Shown: positions 35,447-37,412 of the stretch, in pieces
Position numbering within the stretch: the first letter of the stretch is position 1
Layout of the letters: every line of letters starts with the position of its first letter
Source of the DNA: a virus
Taxonomy: Duplodnaviria > Caudoviricetes
Length of the DNA stretch: 37,412 nucleotides
IMG/VR virus record: IMGVR_UViG_3300035338_000003
Location: 1-37,412 of that record
Reading direction: 5' to 3' (one strand)
The notes under the pieces: generated by a model
The model's input: the letters and a program-made list of their open reading frames with translations, nothing else
Told to the model about the DNA's origin: nothing
Database searches by the model: none
Translations under genes and position numbers: made by a program

Positions 35447-35493
35447 AATATACGCACCCCGGAATAAATTGCAAGCAGTTCCTTGCAATTTAT
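35447..35493 (-). promoter_or_regulatory. Sigma70 promoter TTGCAA-16-TATATT overlapped by a 12-bp perfect inverted repeat
   Basis: ATAAATTGCAAG (35464-75) N6 CTTGCAATTTAT (35482-93); -35 at 35469-74, -10 at 35447-52. Confidence 0.8.
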
Positions 35494-35509
35494 AACGCGG
35501 GCCACGCAA

Positions 35510-35575
35510 ACCCGTGGAAACCCCCATTTCCACGGGTCGTTTTCTTGCGCTCGCGCGCGATGTGGGGCCTACGAT
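35510..35575 (+). promoter_or_regulatory. Putative late promoter with upstream 11-bp inverted repeat
   Basis: ACCCGTGGAAA-N6-TTTCCACGGGT (35510-37), then TTGCGC-19-TACGAT. Confidence 0.5.
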
Positions 35576-35677
35576 ACCGGCAAAGGGCACGCGCCGCGCT
35601 GGGCAACATGCAGCCCACCGACACGCACAAGGGGGCCTCTGCCATGGCGGCATGCCCCATGCCCTCTAGGGGGCCTG

Positions 35678-35836
35678 ATGCGCGCATGGTTGCAACACCA
35701 CCTCAATGCCCAGCACGTGTGCTGCCGCCTCCTTTCCCTTCGCATCCCGCCCAAGATGGCCCGCGCCGTCTCCCGATGGTGGGAGCGCAAGACAAAGCGA
35801 ATCCTCTACCCAAAGGGGTTTGGCAATGGCCGATAA
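35678..35836 (+). CDS. Small basic protein (52 aa)
   Basis: AGGGGG RBS; overlaps the endolysin start. Confidence 0.5.
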   Translation: MRAWLQHHLNAQHVCCRLLSLRIPPKMARAVSRWWERKTKRILYPKGFGNGR

Positions 35837-36308
35837 GCGCACGCTCGCCAAGGTTGTAGGCATCGCCGCTGCGGCCATCCTGTACACTGTGACGCCGCAG
35901 TGGGAGGGCAACCGCCCTGTCGGGTACTTAGACATCGCAGGCGTGCCCACCAAGTGCTACGGCGACACTCGCGATGTGGAGGTCGGGCATCGGTACACCG
36001 CCGAGGAGTGCCGCGAGTCCCTGGACACCGCCCTTGTCAGCCATGCCCAGCCCGTCGTGGACTGCCTGCCGCAGCTTTCCGACAAGCCGCATATCCTCGC
36101 CGCCGCCGTGGACAGCGCATACAACGCCGGGCCGACCGCACTGTGCCGCAGCAAGGCCGCCGAGCTTTGGCGTGCCGGTCGCTACCGCGAGGGGTGCGAA
36201 GCTCTGCGCGAATGGCGGGTAACGATCAACCAAGGCAAGACGCGTGTCCGTGGCCTCGCCAACCGGCGCAACGCGATAGCCGACCTCTGTCTCAAGGACG
36301 TGCAGTGA
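35826..36308 (+). CDS. SAR endolysin (GH24 lysozyme)
   Basis: N-terminal Ala/Gly-rich anchor VVGIAAAAILYTVT; catalytic E-x8-D-x5-T (EGNRPVGYLDIAGVPT); GLANRR. Confidence 0.92.
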   Translation: MADKRTLAKVVGIAAAAILYTVTPQWEGNRPVGYLDIAGVPTKCYGDTRDVEVGHRYTAEECRESLDTALVSHAQPVVDCLPQLSDKPHILAAAVDSAYNAGPTALCRSKAAELWRAGRYREGCEALREWRVTINQGKTRVRGLANRRNAIADLCLKDVQ

Positions 36309-36667
36309 TGGGCCTCAAATCTACGCTGATAGCCGCCGCCGTGGCTCTCGCCCTTGCCGCAGCCCTCTACGTGCAGGGCCTGCGGCTTGACGCGGCCAAG
36401 GCCGACCTCACGCTGGCGCAACAGCACGTCGCCACGCTTGAGGCTGGCGTGGAGGCTGGGCGCAAGGCCCTGCGCGCCGCAGAATCAGAAGCCCGCCGCC
36501 GCGACAAGGCCATCGTGGACCGCGACACGGCGGTTGCCACCATCAACAGCCGCCGGGACGATACCCGCCGCGCCACGCAAGAGGCGGTGCGTAATGATCA
36601 AGCCGTACGCGATTGGTACAATTCTCCTTTGCCTGCTGCTGTGCGTGACAGGCTGCGCGCCGAGTAA
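36308..36667 (+). CDS. i-spanin (Rz-like)
   Basis: N-terminal TM, coiled coil, W...PLPAAV end. Confidence 0.85.
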   Translation: MGLKSTLIAAAVALALAAALYVQGLRLDAAKADLTLAQQHVATLEAGVEAGRKALRAAESEARRRDKAIVDRDTAVATINSRRDDTRRATQEAVRNDQAVRDWYNSPLPAAVRDRLRAE

Positions 36668-36866
36668 GCAGGTCGTGCCGATGCCGGAAATCCACCGCGT
36701 GACGCCGCCCGCATCGCTGATGCGCGAAACGCCGCTTCCCGCGTCGTCTCACGAGACCAACGGCGACCTTCTGGAAGAGCGCGATGACCTCAAGGCCACG
36801 CTGGCCCGGTGCAACGCCGACAAGGCGAACATGCGCGCCTGGGTGGAAGGGGGCCGCGATGAATGA
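36594..36866 (+). CDS. o-spanin (Rz1-like lipoprotein)
   Basis: Lipobox VTGC, PPASL, TNGDL and CNADK; overlaps the Rz 3' end. Confidence 0.85.
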   Translation: MIKPYAIGTILLCLLLCVTGCAPSKQVVPMPEIHRVTPPASLMRETPLPASSHETNGDLLEERDDLKATLARCNADKANMRAWVEGGRDE

Positions 36867-37119
36867 GGACCGCCTGTTCCGAGCCCTTGAGCGCATTGAG
36901 GCCCGCCAGCATGAGCACACCGAGCGCCTGGTAGCAGTCGAGACGAAGATGGACGACCTCAAGTGCGAAGGCGTGACACGCGACGCGATGCTCGCAGATC
37001 ACGACAAGGCAATCACTGGCATGCGCACCATCGTAAAGGCTGCGGGCACGCTGGGCACCATCGGCGGCGCTGCCGGTGTGTGGGGCATGATCAAGGGCTT
37101 TTTCGCGGGCGCGCAGTAA
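36859..37119 (+). CDS. Holin or antiholin candidate (coiled coil plus C-terminal TM)
   Basis: LERIEARQ...LVAVETKMD, then a Gly-rich hydrophobic C-terminus. Confidence 0.55.
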   Translation: MNEDRLFRALERIEARQHEHTERLVAVETKMDDLKCEGVTRDAMLADHDKAITGMRTIVKAAGTLGTIGGAAGVWGMIKGFFAGAQ

Positions 37120-37412
37120 CCCGCAGTTAGTTGCCCCGCCGGGGGCGCGGGACGCCGCAACCCGGCAAGATTTTGAGAGTCCTGCGGCAGCGTCCCCTCC
37201 GGCTGCCGATCGGCCCTGCCGGGGGCGTGACGGATAAACGGGCGCGGTCTTGATGTGGAGCATGCGCGACGACGGCGCACACACCCCGTAAGGGGGATCG
37301 GTCGGAGTAGCCCCGCAGGCCCGATAATTCGCAGGACGTACCGGATGCAGCAGCGCAACACCAGCGTGCTGCCCGGCCCGCTCGCCTATCAGGCCGCGGG
37401 TTTTACCGGCTT
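37120..37412 (+). ncRNA. Candidate large structured non-coding RNA (continues across the junction to ~43)
   Basis: No credible ORF; at least 7 helices identified by eye, including an 8-bp long-range stem and a GNRA tetraloop. Confidence 0.6.

Larger units (their letters stand above)
1..37412. mobile_element. Complete temperate lambdoid siphophage genome, circular/attP form
   Basis: Full head, tail, integration, immunity, replication and lysis modules. attP is intact next to int, and no host genes are evident. Sequence at 37120 can pair with sequence at 31-43, consistent with a circular junction. Confidence 0.93.

Noticed and set aside
1-37412. Alternative genetic code
   Set aside because: TAA, TAG and TGA all end genes normally, and core genes are full length in code 11

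Overview
The window looks like a complete, excised (attP-form) 37.4 kb temperate siphophage genome of a high-GC Gram-negative host, rotated to start just upstream of a lambda-like cos site and terS. Gene order on the + strand: terminase, gpW, portal, protease-capsid fusion, neck, tail tube, chaperone with a -1 frameshift, tape measure and tail tip. Then attP (3' half of a tRNA-Lys), tyrosine integrase and xis. A leftward early operon carries a large DNA methyltransferase and recombination genes. The cI/cro switch has readable promoters and operators. A rightward operon carries cII, a radical SAM enzyme, a replication initiator with iterons, a nuclease, MazG and an Ogr-like activator. The window ends with a SAR endolysin, spanins and a holin candidate. 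Four things are not explained by this plan: (1) a self-contained antisense operon built like an anti-CRISPR acr-aca locus (34603-35493); (2) a densely base-paired ~335-nt non-coding RNA candidate between the lysis genes and cos (37120 through the junction to ~43); (3) a ~200-nt structured PL leader with repeated loop-E motifs; (4) a phage-encoded radical SAM enzyme. All family calls come from motif recognition by eye; no searches were run.
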